Source: Candidatus Shapirobacteria bacterium (GTDB taxonomy: Bacteria; Patescibacteriota; Microgenomatia; UBA12405). Taken from it: a DNA stretch of 64,000 nucleotides. The translations under genes and the position numbers were made by a program. Position 1 is the first letter of the stretch, and the number at the start of each line of letters is the position of its first letter. Below are positions 19,692 through 29,192 of this stretch, piece by piece. The notes under the pieces were generated by a model. It was not told the origin of the DNA. It saw only the letters and a program-made list of their open reading frames with translations, and did no database searches. The DNA lies in assembly GCA_022837635.1 (NCBI GenBank), contig JALHFY010000001.1, positions 96,136 through 160,135 of the forward strand, written 5' to 3'.

Positions 19692-20405
19692 ATGAAATTA
19701 ATAGAATTCAAAAACAAAAATTGGATACTAAAAATAGATTTGGAAGGAGGTCGGATTTATGAGTTGTCTAAAGATGGAGAAAAGATTTTAGGGACTTATG
19801 AAAGAATTGATGGAAAAATAGGTAATACTCATGTTTGTACACCGAATTTTGCGAGGGAGGGAGTGGATAGTTTGGGGATGGTGGCTCATGGACCCTTTAG
19901 AAATCAGAGATGGAAATTAGAAACTAGAAACAAGAAACTAGAAAGGAGAATAAAAGCGGAAGTGGAGGGCTTGGAGGTGGAGCAGGTGTTTAGTTTAGAA
20001 GAGGGTTTCAGTCAAAAGATAATTATTAAAAATAATTTTTCGGCAGCTAAAAGAGTTAATGTGGCGGTACATAATTATTGGGATACGCCTTTGAGTTGGC
20101 ATGGATTAAAATTAAACGGAAAGGGTATTACCGAGGCAGTTAAAGAGAATCCAGAAATAAAAATAAAGAAAGAAAATATTTTGGAAATACCGGGTAAAAA
20201 GACTATTAAATGGCAACTTTTGGGTTTTAATTTTGTTAAAGTGTGGACAGCTTTTAAGGAAGAAGGGAAGATTAAAATATATGATCCCGGTTATGTATGT
20301 TTGGAACCGTTGAGGCAAAAAGAGGGTTTTGTAGAATCTAAAGCCAGTTTATTATCACCAGAAGGAGAAATTGTGGTGGAACAGAGGATAGAAAATATTT
20401 TATGA
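19692..20405 (+). CDS. Aldose 1-epimerase/galactose-mutarotase-like protein
   Basis: GGRI..L, HG..R, HNYW, VCLEP. Confidence 0.7.
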   Translation: MKLIEFKNKNWILKIDLEGGRIYELSKDGEKILGTYERIDGKIGNTHVCTPNFAREGVDSLGMVAHGPFRNQRWKLETRNKKLERRIKAEVEGLEVEQVFSLEEGFSQKIIIKNNFSAAKRVNVAVHNYWDTPLSWHGLKLNGKGITEAVKENPEIKIKKENILEIPGKKTIKWQLLGFNFVKVWTAFKEEGKIKIYDPGYVCLEPLRQKEGFVESKASLLSPEGEIVVEQRIENIL

Positions 20406-20425
20406 TATCGTAAAGGTGACGAAAA

Positions 20426-21634
20426 ATGACTAAGAAACAAGTACGGTTATCAAAAAAATATTTAATTTATAAATTACTCACAAACCTTTGGTTTCTGACG
20501 GCAATTTGGTTGTATTTTTATCGGATATATATTACAGATAAGGAAATAGGGATTTTAGACGGAATAGCTTTTGCTATTGGTTTATTAGCAGAGGTACCAT
20601 CAGGTGCATTGGCAGATAAGTTTGGTAGAGACAAGATAGTTAAATTGGGACAATTTTTAGCAGGTAGTGGATTTATGATTCAAGCTTTTGGTTCTCGATT
20701 TTTTCATTTTTTGTTAGGTCAAACAATTATGGTGATAGGAACAGCGTTTGTCTCTGGAGCTGATGAAGCCTTATTTTTTCAGCAATTAAAATTTAAAAAA
20801 GAATCGGCGGAGTGGAAAAGATTGGTGATAAGAGGAACCCAAGTTGCTTTAGTAGGTGTAACCTCAGCTGTAATTTTAGGGGGGTGGTTGTATGGTATAA
20901 ATGAAAGACTGCCTTGGATTTTAACGAGTTTACCATTTTTTGCTTCTGTTATTCTTTTATGGAATATCAAAGACACAAGGTTATTAAAAAGTGGACAATC
21001 ATTGCTATTTGAAGTCAAAAAACAATGGAAGGAAATTAAACTGGGATTTAAGGAATTTTTAACACCAAAATTATTTTTTTATGTGCCAATTATAATGATT
21101 ATTCAAGGTTTATTTTATGCGGTTGAATGGGGTTTATTAAGAGTGGTTTTGTTGGATAGATTCCATTTTAGTCCACTTATGGGTTCGATAGTAGTATCAT
21201 CATGTAGTTTATTAACAGTAGGAATATTATTTGTGTTGCATAGGTATGCGGGTAAAGTAAGTGAAAAGAGGATAATAACGACAATATCGGTATTATCTGG
21301 AATGAGTTTATTGGTTTCAATATTTGATATAGGTGTATGGGGTTATTTTGTAATTTTGATTTTTTGTCTAGGGGAGAATATCTTGTATCCTTTTATGAGT
21401 GAGGTGTTAAATTACAGAACATCAGAAAATAATCGAGCGACAGTGTTATCTGTATCTTCTTTTTTAAGAACATTGCCATATGTGTTGTTGGCACCAATAA
21501 TAGGTTCACTTAATGCGATGGGTAAATTGGAGTATTTTTTAGTAGGTTGGGCGATTATGATAGTAGTGGCGGTATCGGTGTATTTGTTACACAAAAAGAA
21601 AGATATCCAGATTACATTAACAGAAAGTGATTGA
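20426..21634 (+). CDS. MFS transporter
   Basis: ~12 TM; EVPSGALADKFGR motif A; SGADEAL; RATVLS. Confidence 0.92.
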   Translation: MTKKQVRLSKKYLIYKLLTNLWFLTAIWLYFYRIYITDKEIGILDGIAFAIGLLAEVPSGALADKFGRDKIVKLGQFLAGSGFMIQAFGSRFFHFLLGQTIMVIGTAFVSGADEALFFQQLKFKKESAEWKRLVIRGTQVALVGVTSAVILGGWLYGINERLPWILTSLPFFASVILLWNIKDTRLLKSGQSLLFEVKKQWKEIKLGFKEFLTPKLFFYVPIIMIIQGLFYAVEWGLLRVVLLDRFHFSPLMGSIVVSSCSLLTVGILFVLHRYAGKVSEKRIITTISVLSGMSLLVSIFDIGVWGYFVILIFCLGENILYPFMSEVLNYRTSENNRATVLSVSSFLRTLPYVLLAPIIGSLNAMGKLEYFLVGWAIMIVVAVSVYLLHKKKDIQITLTESD

Positions 21635-21644
21635 TAATAAGTTG

Positions 21645-21719
21645 GGTGAGATACCGGACTTGAACCGGCAACCTTCTGCTCCACAGGCAGACGCTCTAAC
21701 CAATTGAGCTAATCCCACC
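21645..21719 (-). tRNA. tRNA-His(GUG)
   Basis: Cloverleaf with G-1:C73, tctgc-ctGTGga-gcaga anticodon arm, GGTTCAAGTCC T-arm. Confidence 0.95.
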
Positions 21720-21756
21720 ATAATATAGGCATAGGAATTATAACAATTTTTGCTGA

Positions 21757-22416
21757 TTATAGGGTGATGAGGCGGAGAGCGGGATAGGATTGTTTATCTA
21801 AGGGTCCAGAAATACAAATAATTTTTTGATCTTTTTTCAAATCGGAAACTTTAAGGACTTTATTGTCTTTGCTTCTGATTTCAGTCTTGGAATCTAATTT
21901 GATTTGCAGCTTTTCGTTTTGATTATTGACACTGACCAGAGTGAGGACAGAACCGGCAGTGGAGATGTCAGCAATGCTGCCAAAGGTAGTTTTTTTGTTG
22001 TTTTCGAGATCTTTGGGTTCAACCAATAAAATTCTTTTGGCATAATTAATAGTGTCTTGGTTGAGACTGAGAAGAAGAACATTTTGGTCTTTTTTTAAGT
22101 CCTCTCGTTTAATTGTGCGTTGTTTTTGATTGAGATAGGCAGTGTCGGAGGCGAGAGTAAATTCCATTTCCTGAGTTTGAGTTTTAATTTTAATTTTATC
22201 TTCACTCAATTCCACAATAGTACCAGGATAGGCTTTTCTAGGATTGAGGGGGGTAGTATCGGTGATTTCAGCCAATTTTTCGCGAACTTTTTGTTGGAGA
22301 TTTTCACGCAGATCGCCGATATTTTCACCTAAAGTTTGGGTGGGGCTTTGAGCTTGAAGGGGAGTAGTTAGAAAGAAATAAACAGTGGTTAAAAAAATCA
22401 AGAGAAATTTTTTCAT
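21757..22416 (-). CDS. Exported hypothetical protein with two OB-fold-like (DUF5666-like) repeats
   Basis: Signal peptide; two 'G.I.......T......DLKKDQ' repeats. Confidence 0.65.
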   Translation of the reverse strand: MKKFLLIFLTTVYFFLTTPLQAQSPTQTLGENIGDLRENLQQKVREKLAEITDTTPLNPRKAYPGTIVELSEDKIKIKTQTQEMEFTLASDTAYLNQKQRTIKREDLKKDQNVLLLSLNQDTINYAKRILLVEPKDLENNKKTTFGSIADISTAGSVLTLVSVNNQNEKLQIKLDSKTEIRSKDNKVLKVSDLKKDQKIICISGPLDKQSYPALRLITL

Positions 22417-22895
22417 TAGATTTTAGCGGTAGAAAAAGTTAAATAATAAGTGAGCTCGGTTTCCTGATTATCAGGACTGATAGCTTTGAGGTGTAAGGTG
22501 TTAAAACCGGAGTCCAAGGTGATAGCTTGAGAAAATTTACCGGTATCATCGGCAGAAAAATTATAATTTTGACTGGGGGTAGTCAAAACTAGAATACTAT
22601 TGGGGGTGGTAGTGCCAGTAAGGGTGATTTTAGCAGTAGAGACCAGGTCATAATTTTGGTGGGAGGTGATGGTGAGAGATAGAGGTAGAGTCGAGTTGGG
22701 TTGGTCAGGAGTGTTGGTGGGAGAGAGATTGTCAGTTTGAGGATTAAGAGTGGGAACAACTGTTGATAGACTTTGACGGCTTTTTTGATTCTGTTTGATA
22801 TAGTAGACAGTACCGCTGAGGCCTAGACCCAAAATGAGCGCAAAAAAGGCGGTCACAAGCAAGGTCTTAATCATAGATTGCTTTAATGTTATCAT
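22416..22895 (-). CDS. Membrane-anchored Ig-like domain protein
   Basis: TM, PT linker, LTITS..ITLTG.T.P...G.FS..I.L..G.N. Confidence 0.65.
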   Translation of the reverse strand: MITLKQSMIKTLLVTAFFALILGLGLSGTVYYIKQNQKSRQSLSTVVPTLNPQTDNLSPTNTPDQPNSTLPLSLTITSHQNYDLVSTAKITLTGTTTPNSILVLTTPSQNYNFSADDTGKFSQAITLDSGFNTLHLKAISPDNQETELTYYLTFSTAKI

Positions 22896-22901
22896 AGGGT
22901 T

Positions 22902-23453
22902 ATGGAAATTAGATACTTTGGACGTAACAAAATATACCTACAAGGTAAGAAAGAAGGGGTGTGGATTAACCCTGAAAAAAGTGATTTAGAACAAAAACAG
23001 AGGCCAGCTAGAATTGTAATTTTTACCAGAAAAGAGGCTAATTTTATTACTTTAGGAGAAGAAGGAGAGAAGGTGATAATCACCGGGGCAGGGGAGTATG
23101 AAATCGGTGGAGTGGAAATAAATGGTATTAATGGGATGTATTCTTTAATGATAGATAAGGTTAAAGTATTGTTAACTGGTCGACAGGAAGGGGAGTTGAG
23201 TGAAAAGAAAAAAGAGAAACTGGAGGAGGCGGATGTTCTGTTGGTGTTTATGAATGAAAAAGCCATAGAATTGGCTAAAGGTACGGCAGCTAACTATATC
23301 ATTCCGGTTGATTTTGAGGAAAATGAGACAGAATTTCATAAGTTTATGGATGAATTTGATAAGGAAGATTTGGCGGCGATAGATTCTCTAAAAGTAGATT
23401 CAGATAATTTACCCGAAGGGAAGGAGGTAATCCTATTAAAGAGTCAAGCATAA
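22902..23453 (+). CDS. MBL-fold-like protein (degenerate metal site)
   Basis: MEI.YFG, GAGEYEIGGVEI.G, IIPV; precedes dnaB; HxHxDH absent. Confidence 0.7.
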   Translation: MEIRYFGRNKIYLQGKKEGVWINPEKSDLEQKQRPARIVIFTRKEANFITLGEEGEKVIITGAGEYEIGGVEINGINGMYSLMIDKVKVLLTGRQEGELSEKKKEKLEEADVLLVFMNEKAIELAKGTAANYIIPVDFEENETEFHKFMDEFDKEDLAAIDSLKVDSDNLPEGKEVILLKSQA

Positions 23454-24721
23454 AATTACCACCTGCCTTTGAAGAGGCAGAAATCTCGGTTTTAGGATCA
23501 ATTCTAATTGACAATGATGCCATATTGGGAGTGTCGGAGTTTTTAAGGCCGGAGCATTTTTATAACCGAAACTATGGCCTGATTTACGAATCGATGATGG
23601 AACTTTATGAGAGCAGAAGTCCGATTGATATGGTGACGGTGGCAGGGAAGCTGAAGGAAAAAAAACTATTAAAAACAATTGGAGGTAAGGCTTTTTTGTC
23701 AAAATTGGCGGCGGAGGTACCGACCTCGGCCAATGTGGAAAGTTATGGCAGAATTATCAAGGCGCTATCGGCTAAAAGAGAATTAATTACGGCGGCGGGA
23801 CGGATTGCCGAAAAGGCTTTTGATGAGGCGATACCGGCAGATGAGTTGTTGGATATGGCAGAACAGGAGGTTTACGCCCTATCACAACGGCACATGAAAT
23901 CAGTACCCTCGTCGATTAGAGAAGTATTGACAGCGTCTTTTGACCGCTTAGATGAATTACAAAAGAGGGGGAGTGGTTTACGAGGTTTACCGACCGGATT
24001 TAAGCAAATGGACTCAATGTTGGCAGGGATGCAGGATAGTAATTTATTGATTTTGGCGGCGCGGCCAGGGGTGGGAAAAACGGCATTTTTGCTTAATATT
24101 GCCCGGCATGTAGCGGTGGAAGAAAAGTTACCAACAGTGATATTTTCCCTGGAAATGAGCAAGGAAGAGTTGGTAGACAGGTTGTTGGTTAGACAAGGTT
24201 TAATTGATGCTTGGAAATTGAAAACAGGGCAATTATCAGATGATGATTTTACCTCTTTATCGGAAGCGATGGGAATTTTGGCAGAGGCACCACTTTATAT
24301 TGATGATACCCCCGGTTTAACGGTGACGGAGTTACGGACCAAGGCGCGCCGACTGCAGTCGGATAAAGGCATTAAATTTGTAGTGGTGGATTATTTGCAA
24401 CTGATGCATGGTTATACTCGGGATAATCGAGTCCAAGAAGTTTCGGAAATTTCTCAGGGTTTGAAAAATTTAGCCAGAGAATTGAAGGTGCCGGTGATTG
24501 CGGCAGCTCAGTTGAACAGGCAAATGGAGAGTCGGGGAGGGAAGCCGAGATTGTCGGATTTACGGGAATCGGGTAGTATTGAACAAGATGCGGATGTGGT
24601 TATGTTTTTGCATCGGGAGGATGAGGAGGTAAAAGAGATTGTGACTTGCGCTATTGAAAAACATCGTAATGGTCCGACAGGACAATTTAATCTCTACTTT
24701 AACGCAGGTCAGTTTTTTTGA
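23435..24721 (+). CDS. dnaB: Replicative DNA helicase DnaB (probable non-canonical start)
   Basis: LPP...EAE.SVLGSILID upstream of the ORF-track start; AARPGVGKT, FSLEM, DYLQLM, LRESGSIEQDAD, KHRNG. Confidence 0.95.
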   Translation: MKESSIKLPPAFEEAEISVLGSILIDNDAILGVSEFLRPEHFYNRNYGLIYESMMELYESRSPIDMVTVAGKLKEKKLLKTIGGKAFLSKLAAEVPTSANVESYGRIIKALSAKRELITAAGRIAEKAFDEAIPADELLDMAEQEVYALSQRHMKSVPSSIREVLTASFDRLDELQKRGSGLRGLPTGFKQMDSMLAGMQDSNLLILAARPGVGKTAFLLNIARHVAVEEKLPTVIFSLEMSKEELVDRLLVRQGLIDAWKLKTGQLSDDDFTSLSEAMGILAEAPLYIDDTPGLTVTELRTKARRLQSDKGIKFVVVDYLQLMHGYTRDNRVQEVSEISQGLKNLARELKVPVIAAAQLNRQMESRGGKPRLSDLRESGSIEQDADVVMFLHREDEEVKEIVTCAIEKHRNGPTGQFNLYFNAGQFF

Positions 24722-24740
24722 TGTAGAGAAAAAGAACTAA

Positions 24741-25469
24741 ATGTCTTTTAGTATAAGTAAAATCAGATCAGAACTAAGAACTTTGTCTAAAGGTAATGAG
24801 GAATATGCCAAATTTAACAAGAGAATTGTTAACACCCAAAAAAGTGTTTTGGGGGTGCGGGTGCCGGATTTAAGAAAATTGGCGAAAAAGATAGTAAAGA
24901 ATAGTAGTGTTAAGGATATGATGAATTACCTGTCTAAGCTAGACAGTCATGCTTTTGAACAGGTATTGTTATTTGGACTAATGATAGTAAATAGTACGGG
25001 TGTGATAGAGGATGAAGATTTGATTGACTTGGTTTCAAAATATTTAGATTTAGCTGATAGTTGGGCAGAAGTAGATATTTTTGCCTCAAAAAGAAAAAGA
25101 AAAAATAAAAATTCATGGTGGAATTTTGCTTTAGATTGTTTAGATTCAGAAGATGAATTTGTGGTTCGCTATGGACTAGTAGATATTATGGGAAATTATT
25201 TAACGGAGGAGTATATTGAAGATATTTTTACTAAACTTCGTCTCATAAAACATAAGGGTTATTATGTCAAAATGGCGATGGCATGGCTTTATGCGACAGC
25301 TGCTGTTAATTTTTATCAGCAGACATTAGAGGAAATTAAAAACTCGAATATAGATTTGTGGGTTAAAAAGAAGGCATTGCAAAAGATGCTGGAATCGCGT
25401 CAGCTTAGTTTGGAACAAAAAGAGGAAATAAAGAAGTTAAGGGATAAGTTGGTATTGAAGAGATATTAA
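24741..25469 (+). CDS. DNA alkylation repair protein (AlkD-like)
   Basis: LGVRVPDLRKLAK, DSWAEVD, YYVKMAMAW. Confidence 0.88.
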   Translation: MSFSISKIRSELRTLSKGNEEYAKFNKRIVNTQKSVLGVRVPDLRKLAKKIVKNSSVKDMMNYLSKLDSHAFEQVLLFGLMIVNSTGVIEDEDLIDLVSKYLDLADSWAEVDIFASKRKRKNKNSWWNFALDCLDSEDEFVVRYGLVDIMGNYLTEEYIEDIFTKLRLIKHKGYYVKMAMAWLYATAAVNFYQQTLEEIKNSNIDLWVKKKALQKMLESRQLSLEQKEEIKKLRDKLVLKRY

Positions 25470-25825
25470 CTCATTTGATTGAGTTTATTGACAGTAATAA
25501 GGATTGCTCCCTTGGGATTATTGTCAGGAGTGGTAAAAAGTTTGACTATCTGTTCAAAGTATGGGCCGTTATTAAAATATTCAGCTTTACCATAAATTCT
25601 GATGCCTTGCCAGTCCTGATTAAAAGAAGTAATGCAAATTTTTTCCTGATTTTTAATATTGGTAATGGTTTTAATCATTTCATTATGAGCAATCAAAAGT
25701 TGGTTTTCACTAATAACTTTGACATCAGCAGCAACCGCTAAATTTGGTTGACCATTATCATTAACTGTGGCGATAGTTAAAGGATTTTTTTCTAAAAGAT
25801 CTGTAAATTGATAAAGATTTAACAT
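25466..25825 (-). CDS. Pyridoxamine-5'-phosphate oxidase-like FMN-binding split barrel
   Basis: IATVNDNGQPN, KT..NI..., GIRIYGKAEY. Confidence 0.82.
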   Translation of the reverse strand: MLNLYQFTDLLEKNPLTIATVNDNGQPNLAVAADVKVISENQLLIAHNEMIKTITNIKNQEKICITSFNQDWQGIRIYGKAEYFNNGPYFEQIVKLFTTPDNNPKGAILITVNKLNQMS

Positions 25826-27177
25826 TAAGATTTCTGTTCGCTGTCTAAATAAGCTTGAATAACTTTTGGTTGATTAACAAATTTTAACATTTCTTTAGTT
25901 CTATCAAGTAAACTTTGATGGCGACTGATTTTTTCTTGTTGTTGTAAGGTGTGTAAATAATTTTGATATTCTGATGTTTGATGAATTTTAACTAATTCAT
26001 CTTGAAAACTAGTAATATCACGATCATGACGTAGGCGATAGATTAATGATCGTAGATAATTATTGGTTTCTTGACTGCTAGCGACATCATGACGATTAAG
26101 AAAAATATTAAAAACTGGATCTGGTGGACCACCAACAGGATCAGGAATCAGCCAATTACTGTCTGGATTATGAGTAGTAATTAGATTTAGCATGTCTCCA
26201 ATAGTGTCAATGACAGTAAAGGGTTCAAGCATTTTATAACGACCATTTTTTCGTAAAACATCAGTGATAGTATTTGGTTGAATATTAGCAAACATTAAGA
26301 CAGGAAAAATATTTTTTTGTAATAAATATTGAATGGTTTTAAGAGCATCATTTTTAGCTTCTAGATCTGTCATTAGGGCTAAACCACTGAAGACAAAAGC
26401 TCCAACTGACAATTTTTGTTTCTGTAATTCTTGACTGGCTGTTTCAAAATCTTTAAGTGATAAATTTTTGTTATAAAGACCATTACGTACAAAATCGTTT
26501 TGAGATTCAAAACCTAAAAGAACTTGTGCATGTAGTGCTCGAAGTAAATTTATTTCTTCTTTGCCTAGCGGGGAGGAAAAATAACCTGATTGTGTTTTTT
26601 TAACAATATCACGAGCATGGGCCTCGACTGTCAAAACTAAATTGACTTGATAAGCTTGGGCTGTTTCTAAAACTTTTTGTAAAATTTGCACACGATTTTC
26701 AGCAGGTAATTCATTTTCAGCAAAAAAAGAACCGGTGGGACTTAAAGTTAAACCAAGGGGATTATCTACATCTGGTCGCAGTATTTTTCCATATTGTTTA
26801 TCAATTACATTTTTTTGAAAATTGTTTAGAAATTTATCGGTTTGATTCATAATGGAATCAACAATTTCTTTTTTAGAAATGTCCGGACGCAAAACGGTAT
26901 AGCCACATACTGAACATTGACCACACTTGCTATTGATGCAACGTGAAGGCGCCCATGGTCCAGGAGATTCTGCTTCACTTAAGGGCTCTATAGGTTCATT
27001 TTTGTTGGGTAAATTTTCAGTCAAAGAATTTACGCGTAAAATTTTGGTGATTTCTTTGGTTTTTTTAGCGATTTGAACAATATCTAAAGCAGGTATTTCT
27101 TGTTGATGGTTTACATCATAGGACTTAGTGTCTAGTGTGTGAGAGGAGGTAGTCGAAGCCAATTGTTCTGTACTCAT
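25825..27177 (-). CDS. Radical SAM protein, RaSEA/TIGR01210-like
   Basis: RCINSKCGQCSVCGY cluster motif, TGSFF..NELP, LGFESQND.VR...NK. Confidence 0.7.
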   Translation of the reverse strand: MSTEQLASTTSSHTLDTKSYDVNHQQEIPALDIVQIAKKTKEITKILRVNSLTENLPNKNEPIEPLSEAESPGPWAPSRCINSKCGQCSVCGYTVLRPDISKKEIVDSIMNQTDKFLNNFQKNVIDKQYGKILRPDVDNPLGLTLSPTGSFFAENELPAENRVQILQKVLETAQAYQVNLVLTVEAHARDIVKKTQSGYFSSPLGKEEINLLRALHAQVLLGFESQNDFVRNGLYNKNLSLKDFETASQELQKQKLSVGAFVFSGLALMTDLEAKNDALKTIQYLLQKNIFPVLMFANIQPNTITDVLRKNGRYKMLEPFTVIDTIGDMLNLITTHNPDSNWLIPDPVGGPPDPVFNIFLNRHDVASSQETNNYLRSLIYRLRHDRDITSFQDELVKIHQTSEYQNYLHTLQQQEKISRHQSLLDRTKEMLKFVNQPKVIQAYLDSEQKS

Positions 27178-27211
27178 CTTATAAATGTATTATAGTAAAA
27201 AAAGATAAAAA

Positions 27212-27298
27212 TGGTGCCGAGGGTGGGAATCGAACCCACATGATGTTGCCACCACACGATTTTGAGTCGTGCGCGTCTACCAATTCCGCCACATCGGC
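27212..27298 (-). tRNA. tRNA-Leu(CAA)
   Basis: GCCGATGTGGCGGAATTGGTAGACGCG, cacga-ctCAAaa-tcgtg, long variable arm, encoded CCA. Confidence 0.95.
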
Positions 27299-27363
27299 AA
27301 TAAACTCTTTTGTATTATCTCACGAAAGAGAGTAATTATGGAGAAACTAGGATAAAATAGGTT

Positions 27364-27954
27364 ATGAATTGGTTTTATTTGCTGTTGGCAACTTTTGGGT
27401 ATTTGTACATAAGTTGGCGGAGGTTAAAGGAAAATTATCCCAATGAAGACGTAGTGGCCTTTAACTGGGTGGGTTTATGTTTGTTTTTAATCGGAGCCAG
27501 GTTGAGTTTTGGTTTGGTAAATTGGGGTAAGTGGCAGGGGAATGCAGGGGCTTGGCTTGAATTTTGGAAGATAAATGAAGCCTTGATTTGGGGAGGATTA
27601 ATTTTGTGGATTCTGTTTGCGTTTTTGATTGCTAAGGACAAGGAATGGAAATTATGGTCTTTTTTAGAAGATGCTCTACCAGGATTGGCTTTTTTAGTGA
27701 CAGTGATGGCTTGGTCGCAACAGAATTGGCGGGTGCCGGTGACGATAGTGATAGCGGCGTTATTAACCTTACCAGTTAGGCAGAAATATCGGTCTTTTTT
27801 ATGGTTCAAAAGTGGTCGAAAAGGATTTTTATTTTTTTGGTTTATGATTTGTTTGTGCCTATTTTTAGGGATATTTTATCGGAGTTGGTGGGGAGCAGTG
27901 AGTTTGCTTTTTGTGGGCGGATTGTTTATGCTGGGATATGATAAATTTTCCTAA
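27364..27954 (+). CDS. Lgt-like membrane protein
   Basis: Multi-TM with GARL and WGG motifs; near lspA-like gene. Confidence 0.55.
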   Translation: MNWFYLLLATFGYLYISWRRLKENYPNEDVVAFNWVGLCLFLIGARLSFGLVNWGKWQGNAGAWLEFWKINEALIWGGLILWILFAFLIAKDKEWKLWSFLEDALPGLAFLVTVMAWSQQNWRVPVTIVIAALLTLPVRQKYRSFLWFKSGRKGFLFFWFMICLCLFLGIFYRSWWGAVSLLFVGGLFMLGYDKFS

Positions 27955-28264
27955 AAACCTGACAGTCGGTATTCAAAAATTTTTGGAAAAGAGATTGATG
28001 GAGTTGAAACGAAATGAGAAAGAATTAAAGGAAACTAAGGAAAGAGAAGGTGATGTGGATGATCAGGTGGAACATTTTGAAAATCAAGTTAAGGCTAATT
28101 TTATCCAGAAACAGGTGGTGCAGATTCGCAAAGCTTTAACTAGACTGAAATTGGGGAAGTATGGGATTTGTGAAAAATGCGGGCAAATGATTGATACGGA
28201 TCGTTTGGCGATAAATCCGGAAGCGACGATTTGTATGAAATGTGCTCAGGAAGATGAGAAATGA
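27938..28264 (+). CDS. TraR/DksA C4 zinc-finger protein
   Basis: AL.R...GKYGICEKCG..I...RL..NPEA..C.KC. Confidence 0.9.
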   Translation: MINFPKNLTVGIQKFLEKRLMELKRNEKELKETKEREGDVDDQVEHFENQVKANFIQKQVVQIRKALTRLKLGKYGICEKCGQMIDTDRLAINPEATICMKCAQEDEK

Positions 28265-28560
28265 AAATTGTTAATCAAGGGGTTAGTTTTGGGTTGACTT
28301 TTAAGGGAGTAGAATGGCTGCAGATGATTTTATTAATAATTTGTGCTTGGGCTTGGTGGAAAGAAAAATCCGCTTGGGGGTGGTTGTTAATATGTATCGG
28401 TGGGATGTTAAATTATTACGAAAGAATGTTTTTGGGAGGGGTCAGAGATTATTGGCAGATACCAGGAACTAGGCTTTATAATAATGTAAATGATTACCTG
28501 ATAGTTGTTGGAGCGGGGCAGGTAATATGGTATTTATTATGGAAAGTAAGGCGAAAATAA
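28261..28560 (+). CDS. lspA: Signal peptidase II-like (short LspA)
   Basis: NQGVSFG, GG..N..ER...GGVRDY, N.NDYLI; followed by an RluA-family gene. Confidence 0.72.
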   Translation: MKIVNQGVSFGLTFKGVEWLQMILLIICAWAWWKEKSAWGWLLICIGGMLNYYERMFLGGVRDYWQIPGTRLYNNVNDYLIVVGAGQVIWYLLWKVRRK

Positions 28561-29192
28561 TTTATAAAAACAAGGAAATGTTGATTTTGAATAAGGCAGC
28601 GGGGGTGGTATGTACTGGTGAAGGTCGAGAGGTTAAAGGTACTCTAGAAGAGTGGTTGAAAAATAAATTGGGTGATAATAAATTACCACGGCAGGGGATT
28701 GTACATAGGTTAGACAAAGGTACTTCGGGATTGATGGTAGTGGCAAGAACAGCCGAATTTAGGACAAAAATAATGAAGTTATTTAAGGATAGGAAGGTTA
28801 AAAAAGAATATTGGGCTTTGGTGGAAGGGGATTTACCTCAAAATGGAGTGATAAAGGTGCCAATCAATAGATCGAAGTATCAGTTTGGTCGCTTTGCGGT
28901 AGGAGAGGATGGTAAGGAAGCAGAAACTCACTTTAAGTTATTGGAAAAATATAAGTTTGAAAATAGAATTTATAGTTTAGTGGAGGTGGATTTGAAAACA
29001 GGCCGGACTCATCAGATTAGGGTACATTTTAGTTATTTGGGGTGGCCTTTGGTGGGGGATACAATCTATGGAGGACATTCACTTTTAGGTCTACAAAGGC
29101 CATTTTTACATGCTAAAAAATTGGCATTTTTGGATAAAAATTATGAGTCAGAGTTAGCACCAGATTTGAAAAAAATTATTGCTCAATTATGA
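28539..29192 (+). CDS. RluA-family pseudouridine synthase
   Basis: HRLDKGTSG, KTGRTHQIRVH, PLVGD..YG, LHA. Confidence 0.95.
   Translation: MESKAKIIYKNKEMLILNKAAGVVCTGEGREVKGTLEEWLKNKLGDNKLPRQGIVHRLDKGTSGLMVVARTAEFRTKIMKLFKDRKVKKEYWALVEGDLPQNGVIKVPINRSKYQFGRFAVGEDGKEAETHFKLLEKYKFENRIYSLVEVDLKTGRTHQIRVHFSYLGWPLVGDTIYGGHSLLGLQRPFLHAKKLAFLDKNYESELAPDLKKIIAQL

Noticed and set aside
25466-27212. Integrated element with att repeats at tRNA-Leu
   Set aside because: No duplicate of the tRNA 3' end and no integrase found; only composition and position suggest an islet
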